Both the position numbers and the translations under genes were made by a program. Below, in pieces: positions 1-15,100 of a stretch of DNA of 64,000 bases (the first letter of the stretch is position 1; every line of letters starts with the position of its first letter). Below the pieces are notes generated by a model. It saw nothing but the letters and a program-made list of their open reading frames with translations. It had not been told where the DNA came from and did not search any database. This stretch comes from Paraspadella gotoi (Eukaryota; Animalia; Chaetognatha). Location: positions 11,861,896 to 11,925,895 of the forward strand of contig CM119271.1 of assembly GCA_051294375.1 (NCBI GenBank), given 5' to 3'.

Positions 1-75
1 CGAGGATGAAGCCGATCGACGAAAGAACTTACTCTCTTCCCTCCCGATCGGCTTAACTCGACCCCCGATTCTTAC

Positions 76-209
76 CCACTAGAATGTCTCCTCTTCTTCT
101 TAAGCGACGTCCCCTCCTCGCCCTTCGAAGCCGACGTCGACAATGAACGTTTTTCCCGCCATAAATCGTCGTCGTCGTCGTCGTCGCGACGATGTCGTTT
201 TTCGCTCAT
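76..209 (-). CDS. Probable first coding exon of a gene running off the left edge (MSEKRHRRDDDDDDDLWREKR...KKKRRHSS)
   Basis: GC-rich ORF from ATG at 209 with an acidic tract and an NLS-like KKKRR, ending at a GG|GTAAG donor (intron would start at 75). No family recognised. Confidence 0.4.
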
Positions 210-383
210 TGTGAATTCAAAGCCTTCGGAATCAATGAATGAATGAATGAATTCATAAAACAACGTAAAAAATGGAATGAACAAATAAACTTTGTTTTTC
301 AAAGAAGACAAGAACAAATATACATGCCTAAAATAAAATTGAACTATCGAGAATACAAAACAACGAATCAATTTCAAAACAAA

Positions 384-1616
384 TCAAATCAACGTTTCTC
401 TTTTATGAAACTTTTTTGAGCAAATGTTGTTCCCGTGTTCCTGCCATTCTTTCCTCGTGACCTTCAACTTGTCGAACTCTTCCCGACACTCCTCCACGAG
501 CCTCTTCCCTCCGAGCCAAGCCGACGCGATGGGATTGTCGGGCAAAGCGACGGCGACGTCGTATTCGTCGGCCACGAGACTGCGGAGGTCGGCCTCCACG
601 CGGTCGCGCATCCCCGGGAAGAGGCAGTTCCCGCCCGTCAGCACGACGTTCTTCAGCAGATGCGGCTGCATCTCTGCTGGCGTCAACTCCACCGCCAGAC
701 GAATAGCTTCCGGCACGCCCATTTCCTGGATGCCGACGTCGGAAGGATGAAAGAGAATCTCAGGGACGGCGATGCGTTCGTTGTTCATCCGGATGATCTG
801 TTCGCCCGCTTGGGATTTGCCCGTCGTCTCCTCGGGCGCCCGAACGTAGCCTCGACGGACTTCGATGTAATCGGGCAAGACGTAGTCTCTGATGACCGAG
901 TTGGATTTGCCTCTCGCGGCGGTGAGTCTCATGTCAGCGGCGAAATCGGCGGAGACGTAACAGACGTCCTCCTTGACTTGATTCATGACGTAAGTCTCGT
1001 CCATGACCATCACTTGTCGATACGAGATGATCTCCTTCAAATGGTTCGTCAACAACTTTCCTCCAACGTTGATTCGCTTGACGCCGGCGAGAACGACCTC
1101 TCCTTCCCTCACTGGCGCCAAATGGGTGAAGGAGAAGCCAGAGTCGACGACGAGAGAACAGAGCGGCGCCGGGCGCCCCGCCGACACGGCAGCGCCAACG
1201 TATTCCACGTGACTCAGCGCCGCGGGCGTGGAGACGTAGACGGCGGCGAATTCGTACTCTTCGAAGAAAACCTCGTTGACTGCCTCTTTGATGCTGGCGA
1301 AGTTAAAGTAAGGCTCCGCGAAGACGAGGTCCGTCTCTGGACAGTCGACGCCGAAACCGTCTTTGCCGAAGACGTGATTCCAGACTTGAGATTCCACGTC
1401 CCAATTGATGAGGTATCCCTTTTGGAAGGGGCGTTGGTAGAAAAGGCCACTCATGTCTTTACAATCGTCGATCTGGTCTCCGACGAAGACGCGGCGCCGC
1501 TCGTTCTTTGCTTTGGTCACGCAGTTGGGGATGAGGCGTGGCGCTGGGAGGGAGGCGTAGCCGGCTTTTGCCAGATAGGCGCCATTGTCCAGCACGAACG
1601 CCTTGTTGCTGCTCAT
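384..1616 (-). CDS. ACTR6: Actin-related protein 6 (SRCAP/SWR1 subunit), intronless, 410 aa
   Basis: Actin-fold motifs VLDNGAY..KAG, LVVDSGFSFTH, GGKLLTNHLKEIISYRQ, VPEILFHPSDVG, VLTGGN, AWLGG are typical of ARP6. First ATG is at 1616 (the ORF track starts at a TTG). Confidence 0.93.
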   Translation of the reverse strand: MSSNKAFVLDNGAYLAKAGYASLPAPRLIPNCVTKAKNERRRVFVGDQIDDCKDMSGLFYQRPFQKGYLINWDVESQVWNHVFGKDGFGVDCPETDLVFAEPYFNFASIKEAVNEVFFEEYEFAAVYVSTPAALSHVEYVGAAVSAGRPAPLCSLVVDSGFSFTHLAPVREGEVVLAGVKRINVGGKLLTNHLKEIISYRQVMVMDETYVMNQVKEDVCYVSADFAADMRLTAARGKSNSVIRDYVLPDYIEVRRGYVRAPEETTGKSQAGEQIIRMNNERIAVPEILFHPSDVGIQEMGVPEAIRLAVELTPAEMQPHLLKNVVLTGGNCLFPGMRDRVEADLRSLVADEYDVAVALPDNPIASAWLGGKRLVEECREEFDKLKVTRKEWQEHGNNICSKKFHKRETLI

Positions 1617-1962
1617 AGTCTTCGCCAATCGGGGGCGCGAGGCGCCGGCGATAATAACAACTGTGTACCTCAGATGGCGAAATCAAAAAGCAAATAAATA
1701 CGGAGGCTTGAAAAAAGAGGGACGAAAACTAAGTCGGGGGCTACAATCGTGAGAGCTACGTTGGTTGTAATCACCGGAGAAGAAAAAGAAGAAAAAAACA
1801 AACAAATATATCAGGTGCTTTCGAAATTATTATTAGAGGCGAAATTGGATGGCTAAAAGTGAAGTGAGGCGAAATCAGAAATCGGAAGTGGAAGGAGAGA
1901 AGGGGTCCTTTGATTCAGAACCTCTATCCCCTTTCCCATCTGGAATATAGCGACTCTTTTTT

Positions 1963-2304
1963 TCATAGAGAAAGGCCAAAAACGGAAACGATGCAGTACA
2001 TGGTCTTGTTCTCCCATCTGACGGTGCAGCTTCCATCGGTAGTGTTGTCCCAGAAGCAAGAGCTGGCCGTATGGAGGCCGGCTCCGTTCTTCTGCATGAT
2101 GGTGCAGGTGACGATGTACTTGAAGGGCTTTTGCAGCTTGGTGAGTTGATTGAGGCACTGTTCGACCACGTTGGAGGTCCACTGGTTGACCTTGTTGTGG
2201 GCGTAGGCGTTGCCGCCGATGGCGCTCTCCACGGCCTCCTTGATGATGTTGCTGACTTCGTCGACGACGAAGGCCGTCTCCTCTGCGCCGTGGAAATCAT
2301 CCAT
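1963..2304 (-). CDS. DYNLT1: Dynein light chain Tctex-type, intronless, 113 aa
   Basis: Near-canonical Tctex-1 sequence: [67 protein letters not shown]. Confidence 0.95.
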   Translation of the reverse strand: MDDFHGAEETAFVVDEVSNIIKEAVESAIGGNAYAHNKVNQWTSNVVEQCLNQLTKLQKPFKYIVTCTIMQKNGAGLHTASSCFWDNTTDGSCTVRWENKTMYCIVSVFGLSL

Positions 2305-3405
2305 CGTTGATTAGAGGAGAGACTGAGGTTGTTGGGGAAATCAAGGGGATGATGTTTCGAGGGGAAAGATAACTAAATTGGATCTCCTTTGGAGATATAG
2401 ATAAATATTTCTTTTTACTAAATTCGACGCTAGATTATAAAATATTAAAATCTCAAAAATATTTCGTTAATACTAGAAAGAACTAACAATAACGATTTTT
2501 GATAACATTCTTACATCCAGATTTCCAATTTAGACACCTCGGTTGTGAGGACAAGGTTATGCACAAAAAACTTGTTTTAAAATCAAAGTCTGAGAAATTT
2601 GTTTTAAACTCTGAAAATAAAAAAAAAAACGACCGGGATTTGAAACACTTTCCCAAAAAATGTTACACTTTAAAATAATCGTTTAATAAATAAATAAAAT
2701 TTAACTTGACGCGCAGATTAAACTTGGAGGCGAATAGGGGTCAGAATTTTCTCATACGCAAGAGTATACTTTGGCGCAAATGTAGTATCCACGTTAAAGC
2801 AAATAAATCAATACATTGAAGCGGAGAGAATACGAGGATCGCTGCAACATAATCAAATTCACTTTGTCCGCTTTTAAATTCGTCCCTCATCCTTCCTCCA
2901 GTTTCCTTTTCCTTCGGTGACCCACGCAAATCAATCATTTCAATTCTCGACGCTCCATTCAATCTTTTTTCCTAATCGACATGAAAAAAGAAAAAAAGCG
3001 AATTTACATGACATTTATTTTGGTTTCTTTTTTTTTTTACAACTTGAAAAAATTAATTGCAAAAGTAATCATCGTGAGCGAAGTGAACGAAATATAATTG
3101 GAAAGAAGAGGGAGAGAGAGAAAAAGTAGTTAGTTCGTTTTGTCAAACGCACTGTACTCTCTCTCTTTCTCTCTCACGGGTACAGAAATAAACGAAGAAA
3201 TCAACATTTATCCCTCGAATAAAGAAAAAAAAAAAGAAGAATAACTCGAAGTTTCTTTTTTGTCCATCGTTTTCTCCAAGGAAATACATAGTCCCTCTTT
3301 CTTTTTTTTTTGTTCCCCCCCCCGATTAAACACAGAGACCTGTGAGGTTCACAGGACGGCCCCCCCCCGGTCGACGCCATAATCACAAGGTCGAGGAGGC
3401 GTTTC

Positions 3406-4281
3406 TCACTGATTCGGCGACGGGGATCTTGATTTGGATTTGGATCTGGATCTTGATTTTTCTTTTTCCGGTGAACGAGACCGAGATTTTTCTTTGGACG
3501 GCGACCGCCCGTTCTTTTCCTTGTGGTCGACGCCTCCGCCTCCGCGAGACGCGCGGGATCCCGAGCGGCTCCTCGACTTGCTCCGGCTCTTGCTCTTGGA
3601 TCGGCTGCGGGAGCGGCTCTTGGAACGGCGCCGGTCGCGGGAGCGGCTCCTGGTGCGAGACCTGGACCTGGAACGAGACCGGGACCTGGATCGGGACCTG
3701 GATCGACGTCGGCGGTCGTCCCTATCCCTAACCAGGCGGATCCTCTTCCCACGGAACTCCTTGTCGTCCAGCTCCTCCAGGGCTCGATCCAGCCCGTCTC
3801 TGGAGCGGAACTCCACCACTCCTTCTCCGCGGCGATCGCGGTGGGCGTCGCTGAAGGTCACCTCGCCCACTTTGCGCATAAAGTCCTTCAGGTCTTGCCA
3901 CGAGACGCTCGAGGACAGATTTTCTACGAAGAGGCGGTGTTCCGTGCGCAGCGGCGGCGGGCGTCGACTGCGGGGCGGCGAATAGCGGCGAAAACCGGGA
4001 TGGCGATCGTAGTTACGTCCGCCGCCGCCGCCGCCGCCGCCACCTCCGCCTCCACTGCCGGGCCGCTTGGCGAATTCGATCCCGACGCGTTCCCCGTTTA
4101 GGCTTTTCCCATCGAGGTCGTGGACGGCGTCTTCGGCGTCGCGGACGTCGTCAAACTCGACGAAACCGAAGCGACCCTTGATGACGATGTCACGGATTCG
4201 ACCGTAACCGTCGAAGAACCGTTCCAGGTCCGTCTCGCGCGTGCGCGACGAGAGACCGCCCACGAAAAGACGCGTTCCCAT
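3406..4281 (-). CDS. SR splicing factor of the SRSF4/5/6 (B52/SRp55) type, intronless CDS
   Basis: RRM1 (LFVGGL, FGFVEF), Gly linker, pseudo-RRM2 with [19 protein letters not shown]-terminal RS domain. A polypyrimidine-CAG acceptor lies at 4359-4358 in the 5' region. Confidence 0.92.
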   Translation of the reverse strand: MGTRLFVGGLSSRTRETDLERFFDGYGRIRDIVIKGRFGFVEFDDVRDAEDAVHDLDGKSLNGERVGIEFAKRPGSGGGGGGGGGGGGRNYDRHPGFRRYSPPRSRRPPPLRTEHRLFVENLSSSVSWQDLKDFMRKVGEVTFSDAHRDRRGEGVVEFRSRDGLDRALEELDDKEFRGKRIRLVRDRDDRRRRSRSRSRSRSRSRSRSRTRSRSRDRRRSKSRSRSRSKSKSRSKSRSRSGSRASRGGGGVDHKEKNGRSPSKEKSRSRSPEKEKSRSRSKSKSRSPSPNQ

Positions 4282-5065
4282 GGCGGCGAGAGGATGTTAA
4301 TCGATTTCGAAGAAAGAGTTCGAGGGTTCGATCCCAGAAAGTTACGGCTTTGTCCACCTGTAGAGAAGACGAGTTGGAGGAAAGAGAATAAAAGAAATGA
4401 GATTTTATATTGAGATGATATATTGAGTCTCAATTAGACTTAATATCATTTTACAGGGGGTGTAAACTGTAAAAAAATTTTAAAAAAGCGGTGGATGATC
4501 GTACCAATCTTTATAAAATCCAACAGGAGTTGGTCAAGTTTTTTATCTATAGGGAGAAACTGAAAAAAAAAGAAAACGAAAAGCATTTTTTTGGACGAGG
4601 AAATCACAGACGTCATAAATAGAAAATGACAAAAGGGTCGGCGACGCAGCAAAATCTCTCACCTGCAGAACGACTACGCGCTCTGATAACCATCGTTTTC
4701 TCTTATCGTCGAGGCCTGCGGCGTGACCGCACCCTCTTTTTTTCTCTCAACACAATCGTTTACCCGTCTCTCGTTAATTCGTCGTCAGGACGTCTACATC
4801 CCGAAAATACAAGGGGAAAGCGTTACACCGACTGACGGGAGTTTAAAAGGAAACATTAGTCTGAGTTCATCCGCGTAGCGATTAAAATTTTCCCCCCCGG
4901 AATTATTTTCATTAATTTTTTCGCGACGAAGGATAACGAAGAGAAGAAGGAAGAGAAAAGAAAGACGATGGAATCGTCACATTTTGGGAGAGAGAGAGAG
5001 AGAGAGAGATAAGAGGTGAGGGAGAGAAAAAAATGGTTGGGGGATTTGGAAGACGAATAATAATT

Positions 5066-5211
5066 AATTTTACATTCGCCGACGAGGGTTCGGGGTAGAT
5101 TGGGTTACGGGGGTTTAGGATCAGTGTTAAGATAGTTAAGTAACAACTTTTACCATTATTATCATTATTAAATAAAAGGTAAATCCCAGTCGGCGAAAGT
5201 AAACTTTTACC
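5066..5211. mobile_element. MITE-like element, family A
   Basis: Imperfect terminal inverted repeats aattttacattcgccgac / gtcggcgaaagtaaactt, the same termini as 8712-8940; G-rich ggtt(a/t)gg interior. Confidence 0.6.
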
Positions 5212-6251
5212 GCTAAGATGTTGGGTGACACCAACTTTTGCAGAAGTTTAGTCGTATTGTAAGACAAGATTTTAAAATCATTGCAAAAAAAATAGTAATT
5301 TTCCATGAGGCGGTCAATCCAAACCGGCCCATGATCCGCCCCTTATCAATATCATTAAAAAATCACTTAAACATAATTGCCGTCCCTTACTTCGTTTAAA
5401 CCAATTTTTCTCCCTATTACATTTCTGCAAAAGGGGGCGGGGAATAAAGCAATTATTCGTCGTTATTCATTTCATAAATCAATTTGAAAATTTTATGACT
5501 TCGAAACCCGGGATCCATTCTACATTTGCCTCATTTATCATTTTACTTATCTGCAAAAAGAGAAATTCTCTCGTCTCTCTTCTCTCGCGTACCTTTTTGT
5601 TAAGATGTAATAATGATGTAATATTTAATGTTTATTTAACTTTATTTTGTTAAAACGCTGTTGCAAATCGCGCGGATCTGAAACAAAAGAGACATTGAAT
5701 TCCTCATCCGTCGATGACGACATCGAACGGTGAAAATCAGAATTAACAAATGAGCATCGCATTTCTTCATAGGAGATATAAAAGGATTAATATTAAAAAA
5801 CTAAACTACTACAACATGAATGTTCTTACTCATTTATACTGAGAATGACAATAGGCAAAACAAATAATAAAATTAGAAAATAATTACTCAGTTCTTTACA
5901 GAGCAAATAACTTAATAACTTAATAACTTAACAATTTTGAGCTTTACCGGAGATATCACCTAAAAAATATTCGCACTAACCTCAAATCGAATATAATATT
6001 AAAAACATCAAGACAAACCGCAAAAGGCCATTCCGGTTCATGGAACTATTTTAAAAATTAGTACAAAAGGAAACCGGGTCTCAATCATACTTAGAAAATC
6101 CTCGATCCGTCCTCCGTTCCATATTCCTCGTCCTTAGGTCAATAAGATCCGATTCCACGCCGAAGAGACGACGACGATGACTCACGGCCGCTGAAATCCA
6201 TCACGCAAACACACTGTGCGCAAATTGCAGGGAAAGGAGAGACAGAGCGGG

Positions 6252-6254
<3 letters not shown>

Positions 6255-6347
<93 letters not shown>

Positions 6348-6367
6348 AAGAAGAAGAGAGAGAGAGA
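6255..6367. repeat. (GA)n microsatellite upstream of the PLPP gene
   Basis: Directly visible; one of many (GA)n/(CT)n tracts in the window. Confidence 0.95.
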
Positions 6368-6675
6368 CTCTCAGATCGAAATCGTCCGATTTCTGTTGCA
6401 GGCGAAAATCAACGAAAAGAGAAGAGGATTTGACTTCGGAACCGGAATAATCATCGTCGTCGTCGTCGTCGTCTCCTCTCGATTCTCGAGAGACAAAAAA
6501 AGATTAAAAAAAAAGAAAAGGAGAAAAACCGGTTGCTTGTCGTAGACTCGTCAACTCCCTCTCGGATTTAAGTTCAAGAATAAAAATCTAAGAAAAGAAA
6601 AGGAAAAAAGTAAAAAGTAAAAAGAAAAAAGAAAAAAGAAAAAAAATCCAAAAACGGGAAATCCAAGAAAGCCCG

Positions 6676-7614
6676 ATGCCATCGATGGAATCGTCTCCCC
6701 TACGTCCGAAATCCGAACGACGAAAATGTGATTCATCGGCGATTCTGACCGCCTCGTTCTTGCTGCTTCTCTCCGTGATCCTGTTGCTGCAGGAGACTGG
6801 GGTGTTCCCCGGAACTCGTCGCGGATTCTACTGCGACGACGATTCCCTCAAATATCCCTATCAAGGCTCCACGGTTCCCACGTGGTTGCTCATCGTCGTC
6901 TTCTGGGGCGTGCCCAACGTCTCCTTCGCCGCGGCGGAGCTTCTGATCCGCAAGGAGGTGCGGGTCTTTTACTACTCGGCGGTGGCGTTCAACTTCGTCG
7001 TCTTCGCCTGCCTCGTCGTCACCAATCTCGTCAAGTTGACGGTGGGGCGTCTCCGTCCGCACTTTTTATACGCCTGTGGTCCGGACGTGTTGATCAACGC
7101 AACGTGCAAAGAGTTGGGACCGAGCGAGTACGTGACGAACTACACGTGCACAAATCCCCATCATCTTCCTGCTAACAAGATCACGGACGTGCGGCTCTCC
7201 TTTCCTTCCGGCCACGCCTCCATGTCCGTCGCTTCGGGCGCCTTCCTACTCGTCTACGCTTGGCGCCGTCTCGAATCGCGCCCGCCTCACGCGGCGCGCC
7301 TGGCGCTCTTTTTTCTGACGACGGCGGCGGCGTCGTTCGTCTCCGTCACGCGGGTCATGGACTACAAGCATTTTCCCAGCGACGTAGCGGCCGGCGTCGG
7401 AATCGGCGCTCTTTTCGCCTTCTTCGGCGGCGTCACGTGGTGGAGATCGATGAACGAGTTGGACGCCGAGCGTCTCTCCAGGGACGACGACTCGTCGACG
7501 ACGCCGTTGAGTCCAGAGTCGCCGGACGAGAGCGAGGGGGCGCTGGGGAGCGGACGGAGGTTCGCTCAAGATTCGCCGCTGAAGGATATCGCGGGGGACG
7601 AGTCGATTCCGTGA
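6676..7614 (+). CDS. Phospholipid phosphatase (PAP2/PLPP1-3, wunen-like), intronless, 312 aa
   Basis: PAP2 motifs C1 KLTVGRLRP, C2 SFPSGH, C3 TRVMDYKHFPSDV; RGFYCDDDSLKYPY; several hydrophobic helices. The only plus-strand gene. Confidence 0.92.
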   Translation: MPSMESSPLRPKSERRKCDSSAILTASFLLLLSVILLLQETGVFPGTRRGFYCDDDSLKYPYQGSTVPTWLLIVVFWGVPNVSFAAAELLIRKEVRVFYYSAVAFNFVVFACLVVTNLVKLTVGRLRPHFLYACGPDVLINATCKELGPSEYVTNYTCTNPHHLPANKITDVRLSFPSGHASMSVASGAFLLVYAWRRLESRPPHAARLALFFLTTAAASFVSVTRVMDYKHFPSDVAAGVGIGALFAFFGGVTWWRSMNELDAERLSRDDDSSTTPLSPESPDESEGALGSGRRFAQDSPLKDIAGDESIP

Positions 7615-7685
7615 TGAGATGGGGGTTGAAAGAAAAAGGGGGCGTGGAGAGAGAAGGGGGGGGGTGGAAACTTTAAAAAAGGCGA

Positions 7686-7748
7686 CAATCGAAACAATCG
7701 ACGAAACAATCGACGAAACAATCGAAACAATCGACGAAACAATCGAAC
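7686..7748. repeat. Short tandem repeat (acaatcga[cga]a)
   Basis: About six 9-12 bp units in the PLPP 3' UTR. Confidence 0.85.
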
Positions 7749-8711
7749 ATGATTGTTTACTCTTTTATATTTTTTTTTTAATCAAGTTTTTTTTAATTTA
7801 TTTTCATATTATCTTTTGCTTAAAAAAATATTTTTTTCGGTTCGTAATAAGTTAAAAAAAAACTAGAAAAAAAATTAGTACAACCAAAAAAAAAATACCA
7901 AGTAACGAACAAATAACTTATGAACGTTACGTGTTTTTTATGTGATGCCGTTAACTTCGCTTGGAGAAATTCGCTTTATCTATAAATCTAATTATATTTA
8001 TATTCACTCATATTTATTTCTAGGAATTGAAATAAATCGAAATTTATTGTAGATGCTTTCATATACTTTTTTGCACAAAATACATGAAACATGACCAGAA
8101 GTTCTAACATTGACTACGTTTTTTTTTAAATCGTTATCCTAAATTGATAAATTTTAACAGGAAGGTTAACCAATAAAACAGCAGTTAGATGTATTTGCTT
8201 TCATGCAATATTCGTTTTTAAAATATCACATTTACAGTATTCATATTGTTTCTGTTATTCTTTAGTAATTATAACTTCTATCGTATTAAATATCTTTTAT
8301 CTAATGTGATGAAAATCCAGTTGGAGAATATCAATGTGTGACGTAATATATAGACTTAAGTAAGGATTGTGGATGATCGACCTCAAAATTTATTCGAATT
8401 TTCAAACGGGTTCTCGTCCCGGAGAAAGGAGCCACGACAGTCAAAGACTAGGAAACCTTTTTCACCAATTAACATTAATTTAGTAAAATATAGTGATTGT
8501 CGCATCATGAGCTCAAACAATATTGAAGTGAGTAAGACTACAATTCTCCTATCATTCTTTTAAAGTTCAAATTATTCACGAGTTGATTTTCTAAATGGAA
8601 AAAGTAAAATCACTGTGACACCAGTTGCTATTTTGTTTCGTTCTCCAACTTCCAACTTCAATTTGAACCGTGAGTCTATACAAACTCTTGGTTTAATCTT
8701 TAATTCTATAT

Positions 8712-8940
8712 GTGGGTTACTTTTACTTTCGACGACCGGGGTTAGGGAGGGGTTATGGAAGGGTGAGGGTTAAGAGTGGTTTAGGGGTAGTTTAGGGTTA
8801 GGGGTGGTTAGGGTTAAAAGGGTTTAGAGTTAGGGTAATTAGGTAATATTTCTTTTAAATTTTTTTTAAAAAGTAAGTATTTTTAAATAATTTTTCAAAA
8901 TCCGCCAAATCCGCGGTCGGCGAAAGTAAAATTTAACCAC
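8712..8940. mobile_element. MITE-like element, family A, with a degenerate TTAGGG-like interior
   Basis: ~28-bp TIRs gtgggttacttttactttcgacgaccg / cggtcggcgaaagtaaaatttaaccac flank ttaggg/ttagag repeats; no ORF. Confidence 0.72.
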
Positions 8941-9385
8941 GAATGTTTATGATGTAATGCAATGTAATGATTCCGTTTTAATATTTCTTCTCTTATGAAG
9001 TGCCGTGTAAATTAAATCTTTGGTGAAAGGAGAAAAGTTTTTAAGGGTTTAGCAGCATTATAAATTGTCAATAACTCGTCACTCGAGCTGTCGAACAAAG
9101 ATTATTAATAATTATTAATTATCATTAAGAGCGGAAAAAATTCTTAAAGTTGCCGAGATTTATTAAAACTAAAAAAAAAAATTGATACGTACAGATACAT
9201 TTAATTGGGAAAGCTAACTACTCCATAAGTCACGTTCTTTAACTACGTATCATAATTTAAAGATGAACAAGCGCGAGAACTATAATTTACGGGTCATTAT
9301 ATTCAAACAAACAATATAAAAAAAAAAACCCAAAAAACTGGAGATAATAAAGAACACATATTAAGAATAATGAAAATCTAGAGGA

Positions 9386-11998
<2,613 letters not shown>

Positions 11999-12100
11999 TC
12001 AATAAAACTGAATACTACATTTAATTTGGCAACCATTTACAAAACTTGTATATAACAGATACAATGGCACAGTTATTTCTAAAACAAATTTAGCTATTTA

Positions 12101-15100
12101 TCAATTGAGGTCATTGAAAGTAGAAATTTGGTGTCCGGGTTTGACGCGCATGCGATAGATCTTCTCCAAGGCCTCGGGCGACATCTTCTGCGGGTATCGC
12201 GCCAAAATGGCGTGAATCTGCGCCTTTCGTCGCCTCCCGATTTTGCAAGGGTCGTGATTGTTCTCTTGAGGACCGACGAAGCCTTGAGGATCGAACGACA
12301 TGTCCGTCATTTCGTTGACGATTTCCTTTTTGTGAACGCGCGTGATGTGCTTCGTCATGTGAGTCTTTCTGTAACTGAAGTACAAGTTACAAACGAGGCA
12401 CGTGTATCTTTTTCGATTTTGATGAAGCTCCTCGTCGTGGATTTTCAAATCGCAGGGTCGCGGAAAGGATAACGAGCAAGTCGGGCACTTGTACGGCTTC
12501 AATTGAAGATGCGTCCAATTCACGTGTTCGACCATGTGCTTTTTCGCCTTGAATACTTTCTTGCAAAGACCGAAAGTGCATTGGAATTGCTTGCCTTCTT
12601 TGGGATGATGCTTGCTCCTGTGAATCTTGTACTCGGTCGTATTTTCGAAACTGATTTTGCAGATGGAGCAAGATGTTTTGCCCGCGTTTCCTCCTAAACT
12701 TGAGCGCTTCATCGCTCCGACCGGAGTCCCGTATTTCGCCCTCCCTTCCTTGTGGTGTCTTCTCTTGTGAGCTTGCAACAAAAAATTACCTTTGTACACG
12801 CATCCGCAAAGATTGCACACCTTGTCTTCGACGTCGGTGTGTGTTCGTTGATGTTGCCTCATGTTGATCACTTTTTTGCCACAAACGTTGCAAATGCTGG
12901 AGGCGAGTCCGTGTCTCTTCTCGTGCCTTCTCGCCTTCTCCATCGAGTTGTACACTTTGTCGCAGATGGAGCATTTGAAGGAACCGTGGTTACCATGCAT
13001 CCTCTCCTTGTGCAATTTCAAGCTGACGGATCGATGGGGATTTCTGAATTCCTTTCCGCAAACGTTGCATATCGCCGCCGCGAGATTTCGTTTCTGCCTC
13101 TTAGATTTCGGGGCGGAGGCGATGGCCGGTTTAACTTCTTCCTCCTCCGCCGAATCTTCCAATTCATTTCCGAGAAATGCTAGTTCCGGTTCCGGTTCCG
13201 CGGCTTCGATCGACCGATTTTCTCTTTTTTCTTCTTTGATCCTCGTATCGATCTTTTCGCGAGGATCGAAAGAAAATTGAAAGTTGAAGGCGGGATCGTT
13301 GGGAACGAATTTAACGTCCAACTGTTCGTCGATGAAAGGGAAGATGTTGGTGATGTCGGAGGGTTCGATTTTGTGTTGGAGGATCGACTCATTTTCTTGT
13401 TTTATCTCCGTCAAATCGAAAAATGTATTCGGTTCTTCGTTTAACCTGGAGAACGCGCCGATATTGTCATCATCATCATAATCATCATTGTCGCCGTTGT
13501 CATCATTCCCGCCGTCGACATCGAAGTCGGTGTAATTATTCCCTTGATAATCATCGTCATCGTCGTCATTGACTCGATTAAAATCGGCGTCATTTTCTAG
13601 AGATATCGAGTTTTCAGAATTATTCTCAGAGTTCATATTCTCCATCTCTCCGTTCTCGATCGCCTCATCGAACACATTAGAATCTTGGACGACTCGGTCG
13701 CTGCAATTCCGCTCATGCTCTTCCCAGAGTTCCACTTTGACAAAGGGCCTCTCGCATTTTCCGCATCGTTTGATGTCGATGTCTAAGAACTCGTGATCGT
13801 GGATGAGATGATCGAAGAGATTGTCCACCGTTTTGAAGGAGAAGACGCAGGCGTCGCAATCGAGGCCTTTGAACCAAGTGCGTCGTCGATGGTAGCCCTC
13901 GGTACGGGTCTTGTGGTTTTCCTTGATGTGTTTGAGAAGCTCGTGGTAGGATCGATGATCTTTGAAATCCAAGCAAAATCGACAGGAAAACATTGGTACC
14001 ACGATTCCGTGAACTTTTCTCAAGTGACGCTTGATGGTTTTGCTTAGAAAGAGACCGTTGCAAATCTTGCACAACTGATAGAGGCCCAACTCAACCAGGA
14101 CGCCTGAAACGGCATCGTTGGGCTTGGGCTTCCGAACTTCGCGTTTGACCCTTCTCCGAAAGACGACGTTTGATTTGGAGACGTTCCTGCAGCCTCCGTA
14201 CGAGATCATAGCCTCTTCGCTCAAGTGGGTCTTCAGCTTATCCTGTCCGTCGAAGGGTTTTTCGCAAAAGGGGCACTCGGCGATTAACTCGTTCTTTATG
14301 TTGTGATCGTAAATCAAATGTTGCTTCAAGAAAAAGGGCGGACCTTCGACGCGGAAGCAAATTTCGCATTTCCACTCTTGACTCTTGTGAAAGGACAAGT
14401 GAGATCTGAGATGCGGCATTCGCGTCGCCGCCAGATCGCAGTAGTTGCAGTTGAAGCAAGGAAACGAGCCTTGCTCGATGTAGGGCCAAGCCAGCTCGGT
14501 ACTTTCCGTACATCTTGATCGCAGGTCGCCGAGCTCCAGTTTGGTCAAGAGATCGCCGTGAGCCTTGTAGCAATGAGCGCGCAACCAATTGGGGTCGTGA
14601 AATTTTTTCGGGCATTTTTCGCATTTGATTTTATTGTTGTCGACGTGCAATATCATGACGTGAGTTATCGCGGATTCCATGGTGAGGTATTGATGCTTGC
14701 ACTTCTTGCACTTGGCCACGCATTGCCTTTTCGTGAAGTCGATGTTTTCGCGAATTTCTGAGACGGGGACGGCTTGATTTCGAATTCGTTTCTCTTTCGA
14801 AGGAGAATTATCGGGATTTTCTTCGTCCGTAACTTGACTAGTTTCTTCTTGGTCTCCGTTGACGCTATTAAGCAGAGAAAATTAAGATTAGACTAATTTA
14901 ATAAGATTAATTGTAAATAACTTGAATAACTTTAATGCTAGATTATTGGTTGTACCAATTTCACGTGAATATTTTGTATGATTACAACAGAGTCATCACC
15001 TTTGCGTTTGTACTAAAAGCGGTAAGAGCTTTTCTAGATAAGTACTAGAGCAGTCGTACAGTTTAATCGATAGATGCGTCTTGATCAATTTCCGACAACC

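Noticed and set aside
435-1697. 420-aa plus-strand ORF and similar antisense ORFs over SRSF, METAP2 and the LRR-Ig gene
   Set aside because: Antisense shadows of GC3-rich coding sequence with no recognisable motifs.
8740-8845. TTAGGG tracts as a true or fused telomere
   Set aside because: Short, degenerate and enclosed by inverted repeats, so better explained as a MITE interior.
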